The notes under the pieces were generated by a model, which worked only from the letters and a program-made list of their open reading frames with translations, ran no database searches and was not told where the DNA came from. A DNA stretch of 64,000 bases from a virus, in the IMG/VR virus record IMGVR_UViG_3300026382_000010, positions 1 through 64,000 of that record. One strand, written 5' to 3'. Both the position numbers and the translations under genes were made by a program. Of this stretch, positions 36,512-46,246 are shown in pieces; the stretch's first letter is position 1, and the number at the start of each line of letters is the position of its first letter.

Positions 36512-37072
36512 TTAGAAATAACTTGAGTAATCCGGAGTTGCAGATTCAGTTAAACCATATGTAATTCTTAAGTCAAGTTGTAATTTTTCACCTTTTGCAT
36601 AAATTTCAAGGGCATCTATATTTACAAGCTGAAAAATTGCAGTAGTTTGTCCATTAATACTGTATTCAATTGTACTTAAGTTCGTCGGAATGTAATTGAT
36701 TTTGACAAAACCTTGTGTTGTTGCTAAATTCGATACAACTAAACTTGCTTCAACAATGTTGCTTTTATCTAAATGCGGAAAGTAGTACAAAATGGATTCA
36801 GGAATAACTAAATCAGGAAATCGGAATGCTAAGGTATAATCTGTAGCATCTTGAATAAGAGTACTCCACGTTACAGTTGTTGAGAACCGATAGATTACTG
36901 CTTTTCTACCTAAAATTTCATCGAGAGGTACCCATTTTTTAAGCTGGAAAACGTAGGCATAAGGTACCGAATCATCAGTATCAATCCAAATTGGATATTC
37001 ATAAGGATTACTTGGAGGTTCAGGTCCAAGCCAAATACTACGAATTATATCAATATGTTGATAACGAAGCAT
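36512..37072 (-). CDS. Short fibre-associated protein
   Basis: IWLGPEPPSNP...IWIDT fibre hinge motif. Confidence 0.55.
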   Translation of the reverse strand: MLRYQHIDIIRSIWLGPEPPSNPYEYPIWIDTDDSVPYAYVFQLKKWVPLDEILGRKAVIYRFSTTVTWSTLIQDATDYTLAFRFPDLVIPESILYYFPHLDKSNIVEASLVVSNLATTQGFVKINYIPTNLSTIEYSINGQTTAIFQLVNIDALEIYAKGEKLQLDLRITYGLTESATPDYSSYF

Positions 37073-37151
37073 TGAAATACACTCCTTTTTCTAAACCTAA
37101 CATAGTTTTAGTTATAAAATGACTTACGGCAAAAGAAGGAAGATATAAACT

Positions 37152-38564
37152 ATGCTTACATATACTAGTTTAGCGAAACTTAAAAAGATAATAACCGATC
37201 CGAGATTTTTAAAAGAGATTGAAACTACAAGTTCGATTGCAGTATTTTTAACACTACTAAATATTGCAAGTTTATTTTTCAACAAGTTTTTTAAATCAAA
37301 GATACAGGCATTTGTTCAAGGATTCACAACTGCATTTGGAATTTACGCAACCTATCTAGATACCAGTTTAACTGATATTCTTATACAATACCTTGGGCAA
37401 AAAAATAAAGAAGTAAGTGACGAAAGGACTCTATATTATGAGTATTTAAAACGAATTGGACTTGTAGCAGTTGGATTACTAATTGCCTCTGTCTTAGCAA
37501 AGCTACTGTCTCGAAAAACAAGCGGAAAAGTTATTAAAGCAAATGTAGAAACAGTTGCACCTTCCGATGTATACTTTTTTGCAGGATTTTTTATCGGTGC
37601 ATTAGGATGCGTAGTTTTAACATTTACACTTAAATTAGATTACAAACGTATTATAAAACAGCTATATAAAGAAACCAATTTAATGGCTTTCTTTGTAGTT
37701 TTTTACTATTTGGGAGTCGCTCTCTATAGACGTTCACATGTATCTGATGAATTCGTAGAAACTGTTGAAAAAGTACTGTCTAAGGAACTACGAAGACTTC
37801 CAATTCGTCAAGTAAACCAAATTTATTCAAATAGTGTTTTATTGGTTACAGGTGCTAGATTTACATCTAAACTAGATTCTCTGAAATACGCGTCTACTAC
37901 AAAACCAACACTTCGTGTAAAACCTGATAAATCCGAATTCAAACAATTTGTAAATAAAGATATTTGGTTAATTTTGGAGCAACCTCTTGCTGCCTTCAAA
38001 CTATCAATTGCTGAAATCGTTAAATATGCTTTTTTAATAGCATATTACCTTGTTTTAAAACGTTACAAAACAAAGTATGATATTGAGCTTGCTATTGTAA
38101 AACAGTTTGAAGGAGCTGCTGTAAAGGCATCCTTTACAGGACATATGACGCTGTATATAGGCTATGAGTTTGTATCCAATTTGTATTATAAGAATGCAAG
38201 GTTAAAACATTTAGTTGCCGTAATCCTTCATGAACTAGGACACGTATTCAATTTACATTTAATTCAGCTTTCAATGACTGCTTTACTAAGTATCGCCCTA
38301 ATTGGAACCTATATAAATCATAAATCGGAAATTGCATTTGTTAACGGTTGCATATTTTGGATACAAGTAATGCAAATTATGCGTCGTCAAGAACAAGAGG
38401 CTGATGCATTTGTAGCAACTATTCATATTGAATTTTTAAATGCTTTACGTGAAGTTTTAGAAACTTATACGCGTAAATCTACTTTAAAAGACTGGTTACT
38501 TGTAGATCCTCACGATAGTAAACGGAGGGTATACGCGTTAATTGATTTTTTAAAATCTGTCTAA
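37152..38564 (+). CDS. Membrane protein with M48-like zinc metallopeptidase domain
   Basis: Multiple TMs, AVILHELGH, QEQEAD, DPH...R. Confidence 0.75.
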   Translation: MLTYTSLAKLKKIITDPRFLKEIETTSSIAVFLTLLNIASLFFNKFFKSKIQAFVQGFTTAFGIYATYLDTSLTDILIQYLGQKNKEVSDERTLYYEYLKRIGLVAVGLLIASVLAKLLSRKTSGKVIKANVETVAPSDVYFFAGFFIGALGCVVLTFTLKLDYKRIIKQLYKETNLMAFFVVFYYLGVALYRRSHVSDEFVETVEKVLSKELRRLPIRQVNQIYSNSVLLVTGARFTSKLDSLKYASTTKPTLRVKPDKSEFKQFVNKDIWLILEQPLAAFKLSIAEIVKYAFLIAYYLVLKRYKTKYDIELAIVKQFEGAAVKASFTGHMTLYIGYEFVSNLYYKNARLKHLVAVILHELGHVFNLHLIQLSMTALLSIALIGTYINHKSEIAFVNGCIFWIQVMQIMRRQEQEADAFVATIHIEFLNALREVLETYTRKSTLKDWLLVDPHDSKRRVYALIDFLKSV

Positions 38565-38612
38565 ATTAAATTTGAATAAATCCAAAAAATCATATAAAGG
38601 AGGAGTTTACCC

Positions 38613-39236
38613 ATGAAGGTATTGTTACGTCCCGGTTACGCCCACGAACTTGAAAAACTCTTACCCAACTTATGTAAATTTCTTTTAAAGGAGGACTACG
38701 TAAACTACACAATCAAAGACGATCAAGTAATTTGTAACGGTAAACCTATTGCAAAGTTAATTGAGCATCCACTAAGCGAATCAAGCGAAGTAAAACTTCT
38801 TTGGATTGACTCTACATTATTACGAAAAGCACTTGCACGTTCTGGTTTTATCATCGAAAAGGATTTAGTTGTAATCTTTCCATACAGAAAATACTACACA
38901 ATGCTTTATAGAGCATATTCTGATTTAGTTATAGGCGTAAGAAATACTGAAAAAGAGCATCCAAACTTTGTAGCAATTCCAAAGAGCCAAATAATAACTG
39001 TAAATTCCGGCGTTAGAAAGATTCCATTAGGAGATGGTCGTTATAAATACTTTACATTATATGAAGTCGTTACATTTAAAGAAACTTATGCGCATCCATT
39101 ACCAAAAATCACAATGTATCTTCAATATCAAATTGCAAAATTGATACTAGAATCTGATGCTCCAAATGAACTTGCAATACTTAACGAATTAATGTCTTCA
39201 TTTGGATCACTCGGCAATCTCAACTTATCTGAGTAA
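38613..39236 (+). CDS. Hypothetical protein
   Basis: 207 aa, AAGGAGG RBS. Confidence 0.7.
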   Translation: MKVLLRPGYAHELEKLLPNLCKFLLKEDYVNYTIKDDQVICNGKPIAKLIEHPLSESSEVKLLWIDSTLLRKALARSGFIIEKDLVVIFPYRKYYTMLYRAYSDLVIGVRNTEKEHPNFVAIPKSQIITVNSGVRKIPLGDGRYKYFTLYEVVTFKETYAHPLPKITMYLQYQIAKLILESDAPNELAILNELMSSFGSLGNLNLSE

Positions 39237-39278
39237 ATAAAAGATAGAAGTAAAATAAAAGAAGGAGGTTTTTAAACA

Positions 39279-39890
39279 ATGTTTGCCCACGAAAATAAAC
39301 TTCTCAGCGAAAAAGAAAAAGCTAAAATCAAAAAGAAACTCGAAAAAGAATTTGCAAAAATTTTAGAAATTCTAGGTTTTGATTGGCAAAACGATCCCAA
39401 TTTACAAGGTACTCCCAGAAGAATTGCCAAAATGTATGTTGAAGAATTACTTTCAGGTTGCTATACTGAACCGCCAAAAATAACTGTATTTCCAAATGAT
39501 AATCCAGACGAATTACTTATCGTAAGTCCTATCAAAGTAAAATCATTATGTAGTCATCATTTTGTACCATTTTATGGATATGCACATATTGCTGTAATTA
39601 CTGGCGATAAATTAATGGGACTTTCAAAATATGCACGTATCGTTGAATGGTTTGCAAGAAGGCCACAATTACAAGAAAATCTGACAAAGCAAATTGCAGA
39701 TTATATTCAAGAACTCATCAATCCAAAGGGTGTACTTGTAGTTTTAGAATGTAGACATCTATGCATGGGTGTTAGAGGAGTAAACGATGAACATGCGCGT
39801 TTCATAACTCAAGCAAAAACTGGAGTCTTCAGAGAGGACTACGGTTTAACTCAAAGAGTTTACGGAATGATGCATCTCAAAAAATTCTAA
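39279..39890 (+). CDS. folE: GTP cyclohydrolase I
   Basis: TPRRIAKMY, SLCSHHFVPF, GLSKYAR, RPQLQE, HLCMGVRG. Confidence 0.97.
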   Translation: MFAHENKLLSEKEKAKIKKKLEKEFAKILEILGFDWQNDPNLQGTPRRIAKMYVEELLSGCYTEPPKITVFPNDNPDELLIVSPIKVKSLCSHHFVPFYGYAHIAVITGDKLMGLSKYARIVEWFARRPQLQENLTKQIADYIQELINPKGVLVVLECRHLCMGVRGVNDEHARFITQAKTGVFREDYGLTQRVYGMMHLKKF

Positions 39891-39915
39891 ATAAAATCCT
39901 AGGAGGTTTCTAGCG

Positions 39916-40542
39916 ATGGTAAACATTTTTGAAATTCAAAATTCAACCAAAGGAAAAATCTGTCTTTATGCTAATGGTTACGGAAAACTTTCATGGCAAT
40001 TTATTCCAGTTTTAAATCCAGTTGCTCCAAATCAAATTCAAAAAGGAATGAAAGTATACAATTATGACAATTCGTACTTCTTTGCAACAGATTTATATGA
40101 AGCTACAGTAATAGCTTATACACTTGAAAAGTATTTACAAACTAGAGAATTTCCACAATTTGAAGAAAATCATATTAAATGCGATGGTAAACAATTATCC
40201 ATAGTACATTTCCCGGAAGGAAAAATGAGCGCATTAACATTTTTTATTCATTCAAATCACATCTACCTAGGCTATAGTTTATTTGCAAATAAACAAAAGC
40301 TATTTTCATTAAACCTTGCGCTTTCATATTTTAAAGTGCATACTCTTGTTAGAATCTTAAATCAAGCTCCAACATTAACAATGGTTTCTGAAGTATTCAA
40401 ACGTCAAAAATCACAAAGTAATAGCAATGGTAAAGCATCTAGAAACAACAACAATGTAAATCGAGCTTCAAATACTGCTCCATTTACTCCAAATAAAACA
40501 GTGGCTGCAGATGATATACAGCAGGTATTTGAATCTCTGTAA
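39916..40542 (+). CDS. Hypothetical protein (possible ssDNA-binding; N-rich linker, acidic/hydrophobic tail)
   Basis: Ends NNNNVN...DDIQQVFESL. Confidence 0.45.
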   Translation: MVNIFEIQNSTKGKICLYANGYGKLSWQFIPVLNPVAPNQIQKGMKVYNYDNSYFFATDLYEATVIAYTLEKYLQTREFPQFEENHIKCDGKQLSIVHFPEGKMSALTFFIHSNHIYLGYSLFANKQKLFSLNLALSYFKVHTLVRILNQAPTLTMVSEVFKRQKSQSNSNGKASRNNNNVNRASNTAPFTPNKTVAADDIQQVFESL

Positions 40543-40578
40543 TACAACCTAGTATAAAAAGGACGAGGTGGTTTAAAG

Positions 40579-41193
40579 ATGTACATATATCTAAATGGTG
40601 CCTTTCATCACGTAACAACTGGAGCTCGTTCATCTGTATCTAATCCAACGATTCGCTCTATTTTAAACAAGATTATCCGTCATGTAGTTTCTAGAGATGG
40701 CTACATTAAAAAAGTAGTATTTTTGGGAAATGGAATAGAAATACAATTTTCTGATTTAGGAGCATTGGATTTGTATTCCTTAAAACAGGCACAAGCATTG
40801 TTTGGGGATCATGTTGATATTCAATTCAATGCATCTACAGGCGTTGTCAAAATCTTTTTAAAACCAGTTAAGCAAGATAATATAGAAAAACCTAAACAAA
40901 CTCCGGATGCAAATGAAGATACAAAAGCATCTGAAAATACTGAACCAGCAAATGAACAAGAACTCCCAGTTTATACATTTGAATTTACCAAGGATAAAAA
41001 AAGCATCAAAAATCCAGATATTGAAATTCCATGCATAATTACTGCAAAATTTGATCAAGAACTTTATAGCCACGTACTTGTTATATACAAAGATAAAAGT
41101 AGAGATGCTATTGCGGAACCAGATGGTACACTTAAAATTGAAAAACCTGTTAAGAAATTAGTTGCAGTTAGCAATAAGAAGAAAAAAGACTAA
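40579..41193 (+). CDS. Hypothetical protein
   Basis: 204 aa, GAGGTG RBS. Confidence 0.65.
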   Translation: MYIYLNGAFHHVTTGARSSVSNPTIRSILNKIIRHVVSRDGYIKKVVFLGNGIEIQFSDLGALDLYSLKQAQALFGDHVDIQFNASTGVVKIFLKPVKQDNIEKPKQTPDANEDTKASENTEPANEQELPVYTFEFTKDKKSIKNPDIEIPCIITAKFDQELYSHVLVIYKDKSRDAIAEPDGTLKIEKPVKKLVAVSNKKKKD

Positions 41194-41194
41194 G

Positions 41195-41228
41195 GATACG
41201 GGAGCATTATGCTCCCGTATCTATTTTT
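41195..41228 (+). terminator. Intrinsic terminator
   Basis: GATACGGGAGCAT-t-ATGCTCCCGTATC plus T-tract. Confidence 0.88.
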
Positions 41229-41266
41229 GCTCGTACTTTAAATTCAGTATCAGAAAGGAGAACTAA

Positions 41267-42277
41267 ATGATTAAATTCATACTGCTTCCCAAACAAAAAG
41301 AGCTTGAAACGATTGAGGGTAAAACTTTTGATTACGTATTTATTGACTTAAAAAATGCTTTGCCTATGATATTTGATGAAAAAATTGCCATGCATATTCT
41401 TGAAAATCCCATGTATGCATTTAGTGAATTTCTAGCAACTATTTTGAATGCTATGTTTTATTTACGCTCGCACATCAAATTTGGTTCACTGATATTTTTT
41501 TGCGAAACCGGACAAAGTGTTTACCATAAAAAATATTTAAAGACGTATAAATCTAATCGGTATCAATCATGGGTTCTTCTAAAAGAAAACGAAAAACAAA
41601 GTTATCTAAAGGTATTACAAAATATTTTCGAAGCACTCGTAAAGTTTTTGAATCGTATACCAAACACTTACGCATTTATGCTTCGGTATTTTGAAGCAGA
41701 TTTTATTCCGCATTTTATCGTAAATAAACAAAACACATGTAATGCACTTATCTTATCAAACGATAAAGATTTGCTACAATGTGTAAATGAAAACACTTGG
41801 GTTTATCGTAAAGTTTCATCAAAATTTATTACTCGTATTCAAGATGCTCATAAAGAACTTTTACCTGACGTTACCTATGATAAAACAAACTTAATTGCTG
41901 AAATTTTATCTATTCTCGGAGATAGTAGCGATGGCATTCCTGGTGTTAAAGGAATTGGGCCTAAAACGTTAACGCATCTTATAGATATACTTCAACCCGA
42001 AAATTTAAACGATTTCTTTCAAAAAGCACCAAATACTACCAATAAGCGTATTTTAAATGCATATAAAAAACTAATTGCAAACGAGTCGATAATTAGACGT
42101 AACTACAAATTGATTGCTTTTTCTGAAATTGAAAAAAATCTACCAGTTTCAATATTAGATGAAATTGATAGTATTTTTGCAACTCAAAAGTATCCACTGA
42201 CAAAAATACAAACATTGCTTTCAAAATTTGGGATTTCTACTGATTTACCTATGTTGGAAAAACTAGTTGAATCATAG
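41267..42277 (+). CDS. 5'-3' exonuclease / flap endonuclease (T4 RNase H-like)
   Basis: FID, YKSNR, FEAD, SNDKDLLQ, GDSSDGIPGVKGIGPKT. Confidence 0.93.
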   Translation: MIKFILLPKQKELETIEGKTFDYVFIDLKNALPMIFDEKIAMHILENPMYAFSEFLATILNAMFYLRSHIKFGSLIFFCETGQSVYHKKYLKTYKSNRYQSWVLLKENEKQSYLKVLQNIFEALVKFLNRIPNTYAFMLRYFEADFIPHFIVNKQNTCNALILSNDKDLLQCVNENTWVYRKVSSKFITRIQDAHKELLPDVTYDKTNLIAEILSILGDSSDGIPGVKGIGPKTLTHLIDILQPENLNDFFQKAPNTTNKRILNAYKKLIANESIIRRNYKLIAFSEIEKNLPVSILDEIDSIFATQKYPLTKIQTLLSKFGISTDLPMLEKLVES

Positions 42278-42305
42278 AAAAAAATAAGTAAAACAGGGAG
42301 CTTCA

Positions 42306-43742
42306 ATGATACAAACCGTTATAGTTAAAACAACTGAAGTTATAACTGCCTATATCCTGGATAAATATGATAAACAGGATTTTAAACCTCGTGTGGAAAT
42401 TGTAATCTTCTACATGATTTTCTTTGCATCGCTTCTCGTTTTATTTTTAAGCAATGATAGTACTTATGCAATTTTACTTGCTTTTCTAACTGGATTTTTA
42501 ACTGGTTATATGCTACTTACACTATCCGATGAACATTATCTTTCTCCTAATTTAGATGTCATCAAAAGTTTAAAGGCCCGAAAAATAATAGAGGTTGCAG
42601 ATCAGTATAAGGATTTACTACCAGTTATTGAGGAAATCTCCGCAAGGAAACTCACTAAAAAAATACTAGTGATTCTAATTTCAAAGCTTGTATCCCTACT
42701 TTTAACTACACCTAGTATAAAACAAATCATCAACCGGCTTACGAAGAATTTTATTGAGATTTTTGCATCCGCTAAAATAAAAGCGTTAGAGAAAATATTT
42801 GCGCGTATAGTTTATACCTATTTCATAGGTATTATCATTGGGTTTATAGGTTCATGTTTATACTATTTGTATATCAAAAAAGTACCGTTTGAAAATTTAC
42901 TTAAGCAAATTGCAGCTTCGTTAAAAACTCTTGTTTCCTCGAAAGCCGTAACTGCTATTGTAATTGCATTATTTTTGAAAGGAAAACAAGTTTCACAATC
43001 ACAAATCAATCGTTTGGTTAAAAAATTCTTTCCCAATATTCATTTACCAGATGATAGACTGCAAACTTATTACAGTTTAATTTTACAAAACGTCTTTGGC
43101 AAAAACATCAAAGTTAAACGCGTAATTCGTATCAATATTAATTCAAAACGTTTTGAATTGCCTATTTCCAATAAATACATTCAAAACGTCATACATGCAT
43201 TTGTCAATTATGTTGTGGAAAACTTTTCAGACGATATTCATTTAGTGTATATATTTGAAGCAAACGTAAATGCGTCAGTATACGATAAATCTACAAAAAT
43301 TCTTTACGTTTATTTAAATTCTTATGAGCAAATTAATTCAATGACTAGCGATGATTTTATCGCATATGCACTCTTTGGATACTTCTGCGTTAAAATCTTA
43401 GATACAAAGAAATATATTGGTTATTTAAAGGCTTGGTACATTGGGGTAAATATACTTTCAAGCATTAGCTTTAGCAATTACAAAGTTACCGTCACCGAAA
43501 GTACAATTATCAATGCAATTTTAGAAATTTCTCTTAGAGCATTTATAAATGCATTGGTTGGTTATATAAAAGCACTTTATATGCAACTCGGTTTAAAAGA
43601 CTCCGTTTTATCTATGATTTTATCTGTCACAACAATAAATTTAAACGACGTATTTAAAGGAAATTCCCTAAAGGTTGAACAAGAACTCGTCAAAAAGCTA
43701 AGTACAGCAGATATGGTCTTCAACGCATTGACATCTGTTTAA
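42306..43742 (+). CDS. Membrane protein, paralog of 37152..38564 lacking HExxH
   Basis: Collinear TM blocks align with the M48-like protein; the metal site is absent. Confidence 0.6.
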   Translation: MIQTVIVKTTEVITAYILDKYDKQDFKPRVEIVIFYMIFFASLLVLFLSNDSTYAILLAFLTGFLTGYMLLTLSDEHYLSPNLDVIKSLKARKIIEVADQYKDLLPVIEEISARKLTKKILVILISKLVSLLLTTPSIKQIINRLTKNFIEIFASAKIKALEKIFARIVYTYFIGIIIGFIGSCLYYLYIKKVPFENLLKQIAASLKTLVSSKAVTAIVIALFLKGKQVSQSQINRLVKKFFPNIHLPDDRLQTYYSLILQNVFGKNIKVKRVIRININSKRFELPISNKYIQNVIHAFVNYVVENFSDDIHLVYIFEANVNASVYDKSTKILYVYLNSYEQINSMTSDDFIAYALFGYFCVKILDTKKYIGYLKAWYIGVNILSSISFSNYKVTVTESTIINAILEISLRAFINALVGYIKALYMQLGLKDSVLSMILSVTTINLNDVFKGNSLKVEQELVKKLSTADMVFNALTSV

Positions 43743-43766
43743 ATTAAATAAAAATGGAGTTTAATC

Positions 43767-44672
43767 ATGTATTCCAAGGAGTATTTCTTATATCATTTCT
43801 TCTCAACATATACTGCTCCTTCAAATTTCGATAACCTATACAACATGTATCTAGAGCTTGAACGAAGACTTATTCAAGTTAAACTCATTCATTTTAAACC
43901 AGTTAAATTCAAGCATAATCCAAATATTCCACTACGAAAAAGCCAATTTGAATTTATCTACGGATACGAGTACGATATTTCAAATGCAGGATTTACATAC
44001 ATTGAGTATTTGCAACAAAATGGACTACTTTCTTTATCTGATGAACTATTACTTTCAACATTAAAGCAAATTAAAAACAGAAAGCTTCAAAAATACTTTA
44101 TGACAAAACTATTTGGATTGCTCGTTAAACAAAATCAATCTATCTACACAAACTTCATTGAAAGCCTACAAAATTTTTGGTACTTGTTAATACGTACAAA
44201 TTTACAAAATGGTTTTTCTGGAAAATGCATGCGTATTTACCTTGATGAAATTGTATTTGATAAACCGCTGTTTATAACTTCAATTTCTTTTCCAATTCCG
44301 TATAAATTAAAACATCGGAAAATCTACTACTTTATTCAAAATCTGGCGGAGTATAATAAACAGCTAAAAATTACCGACGAGTCAATTGATATTCGTTTAC
44401 CATTTTTAAATGAAAAATATTTGAAAACATTACATTCATGTATTGCAAAAGGACGTAGCGGTATTATACAATTTGATGCATTATCAAGACTAATACTATC
44501 CGATACCTGGGACGACATGTTTTTACTATACGATGAAAATGGACTTTATTACCTTGCAAACAATGAAAAAGTTTATATCAACAATCCCAGTGAAATTCCA
44601 TCAATCAAAGACGGTATGTCTTATTATCGCTATCTGAATCCTTTAAATTTAAAATGCAGAATACTATTGTAG
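43767..44672 (+). CDS. Hypothetical protein with polymerase-palm-like motifs
   Basis: YEYDISNA...K..FG...IYLDEIVF; family tentative. Confidence 0.35.
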   Translation: MYSKEYFLYHFFSTYTAPSNFDNLYNMYLELERRLIQVKLIHFKPVKFKHNPNIPLRKSQFEFIYGYEYDISNAGFTYIEYLQQNGLLSLSDELLLSTLKQIKNRKLQKYFMTKLFGLLVKQNQSIYTNFIESLQNFWYLLIRTNLQNGFSGKCMRIYLDEIVFDKPLFITSISFPIPYKLKHRKIYYFIQNLAEYNKQLKITDESIDIRLPFLNEKYLKTLHSCIAKGRSGIIQFDALSRLILSDTWDDMFLLYDENGLYYLANNEKVYINNPSEIPSIKDGMSYYRYLNPLNLKCRILL

Positions 44673-44690
44673 GTAAAAGGAGTAACTTTC

Positions 44691-44996
44691 ATGCCGCGTA
44701 GAAACCATCGGGTAATGGATTTGAGGTTTGGTTTTGGATGTGGAGCTCCATGTATTGGTATTTCAATACTTGGATCCCATAATGTACGAACCAATCGTAA
44801 AATGCAAATGCGTTTACTTGATTTAGAAATAGCATTTTGTGTATGCGGTCCTCACCCTGGAATAATGATTACTGGTTCTGATACTGTATATGCAAATAGG
44901 CGAAAAGTTCATAGGCTATTTGATTTAGCATTTAACTTTTGTCCAGGTATTGATTGGGCAATTACTGCATCTCCAAATGTTGACTCTGGCGGATAA
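44691..44996 (+). CDS. PAAR-like spike tip protein (gp5.4-like)
   Basis: Three RxxD repeats with GS.NV / GS.TV / AS.NV and Cys/His ligands. Confidence 0.85.
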   Translation: MPRRNHRVMDLRFGFGCGAPCIGISILGSHNVRTNRKMQMRLLDLEIAFCVCGPHPGIMITGSDTVYANRRKVHRLFDLAFNFCPGIDWAITASPNVDSGG

Positions 44997-45019
44997 AATA
45001 AAAAAAAGGAGGTATTAAA

Positions 45020-45538
45020 ATGAAGCCAGTATTTACTAAAGAAGAAATTCAAAAAACCATTGCATGTCTTGCAAAAGTTTTAAGTAAACATTTTGAAACC
45101 AAAAAAGTTTTAGTAGTTGGAATAATGGAGGGAGCTTTATTTTTTCTCGCTGATTTAATGCGTCAGCTTCCTGAAAATTTCACCTATTGTACCATTCATT
45201 TAAAGAGCTACGTTAGCGACGGTAACCAAGGGGAACCTAAACTTTACGACGAAAAATATCTAAAAGACGTACTTAATAAAATTGAACCTGACATAATAAT
45301 TATTGCTGATGAAATTTGCGACACTGGAACTACAATCAATTATCTTAAAACTACATTGCAGGAAATATTTGGTTTACAACCAGTGGAAATTTACACATGT
45401 GCTCTTATTGTAACCAAAACTGGAAAAGACAAAGTTGATTTCTATGGATTTGAATATACAGATGATAAATGGCTTTACGGTTACGGAATGGATTTAGATG
45501 AATGGAGGAGAAACCTCGATGAAATCTACTCAAAATAA
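45020..45538 (+). CDS. hpt: Hypoxanthine/guanine phosphoribosyltransferase-like protein
   Basis: VGIMEGALFFLADL, PRPP loop IIADEICDTGTT, YGYGMD...RNL. Confidence 0.92.
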   Translation: MKPVFTKEEIQKTIACLAKVLSKHFETKKVLVVGIMEGALFFLADLMRQLPENFTYCTIHLKSYVSDGNQGEPKLYDEKYLKDVLNKIEPDIIIIADEICDTGTTINYLKTTLQEIFGLQPVEIYTCALIVTKTGKDKVDFYGFEYTDDKWLYGYGMDLDEWRRNLDEIYSK

Positions 45539-46223
45539 CATGTATCCAAAATTATCATGTAAAACCTTTTGTAAGCTTATTTATAAAGAACTTGTAGATT
45601 TCTTTAGGAAAAATCGGGTATTTATTCCTAATCGTAAATTGCATGAACTATACAATCAAAACGAAGAACCATGGATGTTTGTTATCAAAGTTATCTTATC
45701 TGCACAAAGTAAAGATAAGACAGTTAACCAAGTTGCAAAAGTATTATTCCAAAAATATCCAACGCTTGAAAAATTGGCAAATGCAAAAATCGAAGACGTA
45801 GAAAGAATTATCAAACCAATTCCATTTTACAGGAAAAAAGCGGTAATGATTATAAATGCTGCAAAAATTTTGTACAATGAATTCAATGGAAATATTCCTC
45901 ATACGTATGAAGATTTGTATAAGTTACCAGGTGTTTCTCGAAAATCTGCTGCAACAATTCGCGCAATTATTCATGAAATTCCATCAATTATCGTTGATCG
46001 ACATGTTATACGCGTATTAAATCGACTACGTTTTGTAAATAATGTTGAGGATCCAATTTATGTTGAATCTCGTATTGAAAAATGTTGTCCTAAAGAAATC
46101 TGGATTCCACTATGCTTGCTTCTTATACTCTTCGGAAGATATATCTGCACAGCAAGAAACCCTCAATGCCATAGATGTCCTTTGCAAAAATATTGCTTTT
46201 ACAGTCTTTCCAACAGAAAATAA
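45519..46223 (+). CDS. nth: Endonuclease III (HhH-GPD, 4Fe-4S)
   Basis: ILSAQSKD, LPGVSRKSA, VDRHV, CTARNPQCHRCPLQKYC. Confidence 0.93.
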   Translation: MKSTQNNMYPKLSCKTFCKLIYKELVDFFRKNRVFIPNRKLHELYNQNEEPWMFVIKVILSAQSKDKTVNQVAKVLFQKYPTLEKLANAKIEDVERIIKPIPFYRKKAVMIINAAKILYNEFNGNIPHTYEDLYKLPGVSRKSAATIRAIIHEIPSIIVDRHVIRVLNRLRFVNNVEDPIYVESRIEKCCPKEIWIPLCLLLILFGRYICTARNPQCHRCPLQKYCFYSLSNRK

Positions 46224-46246
46224 AAAAGCAGGAAGGTATTTGTATC

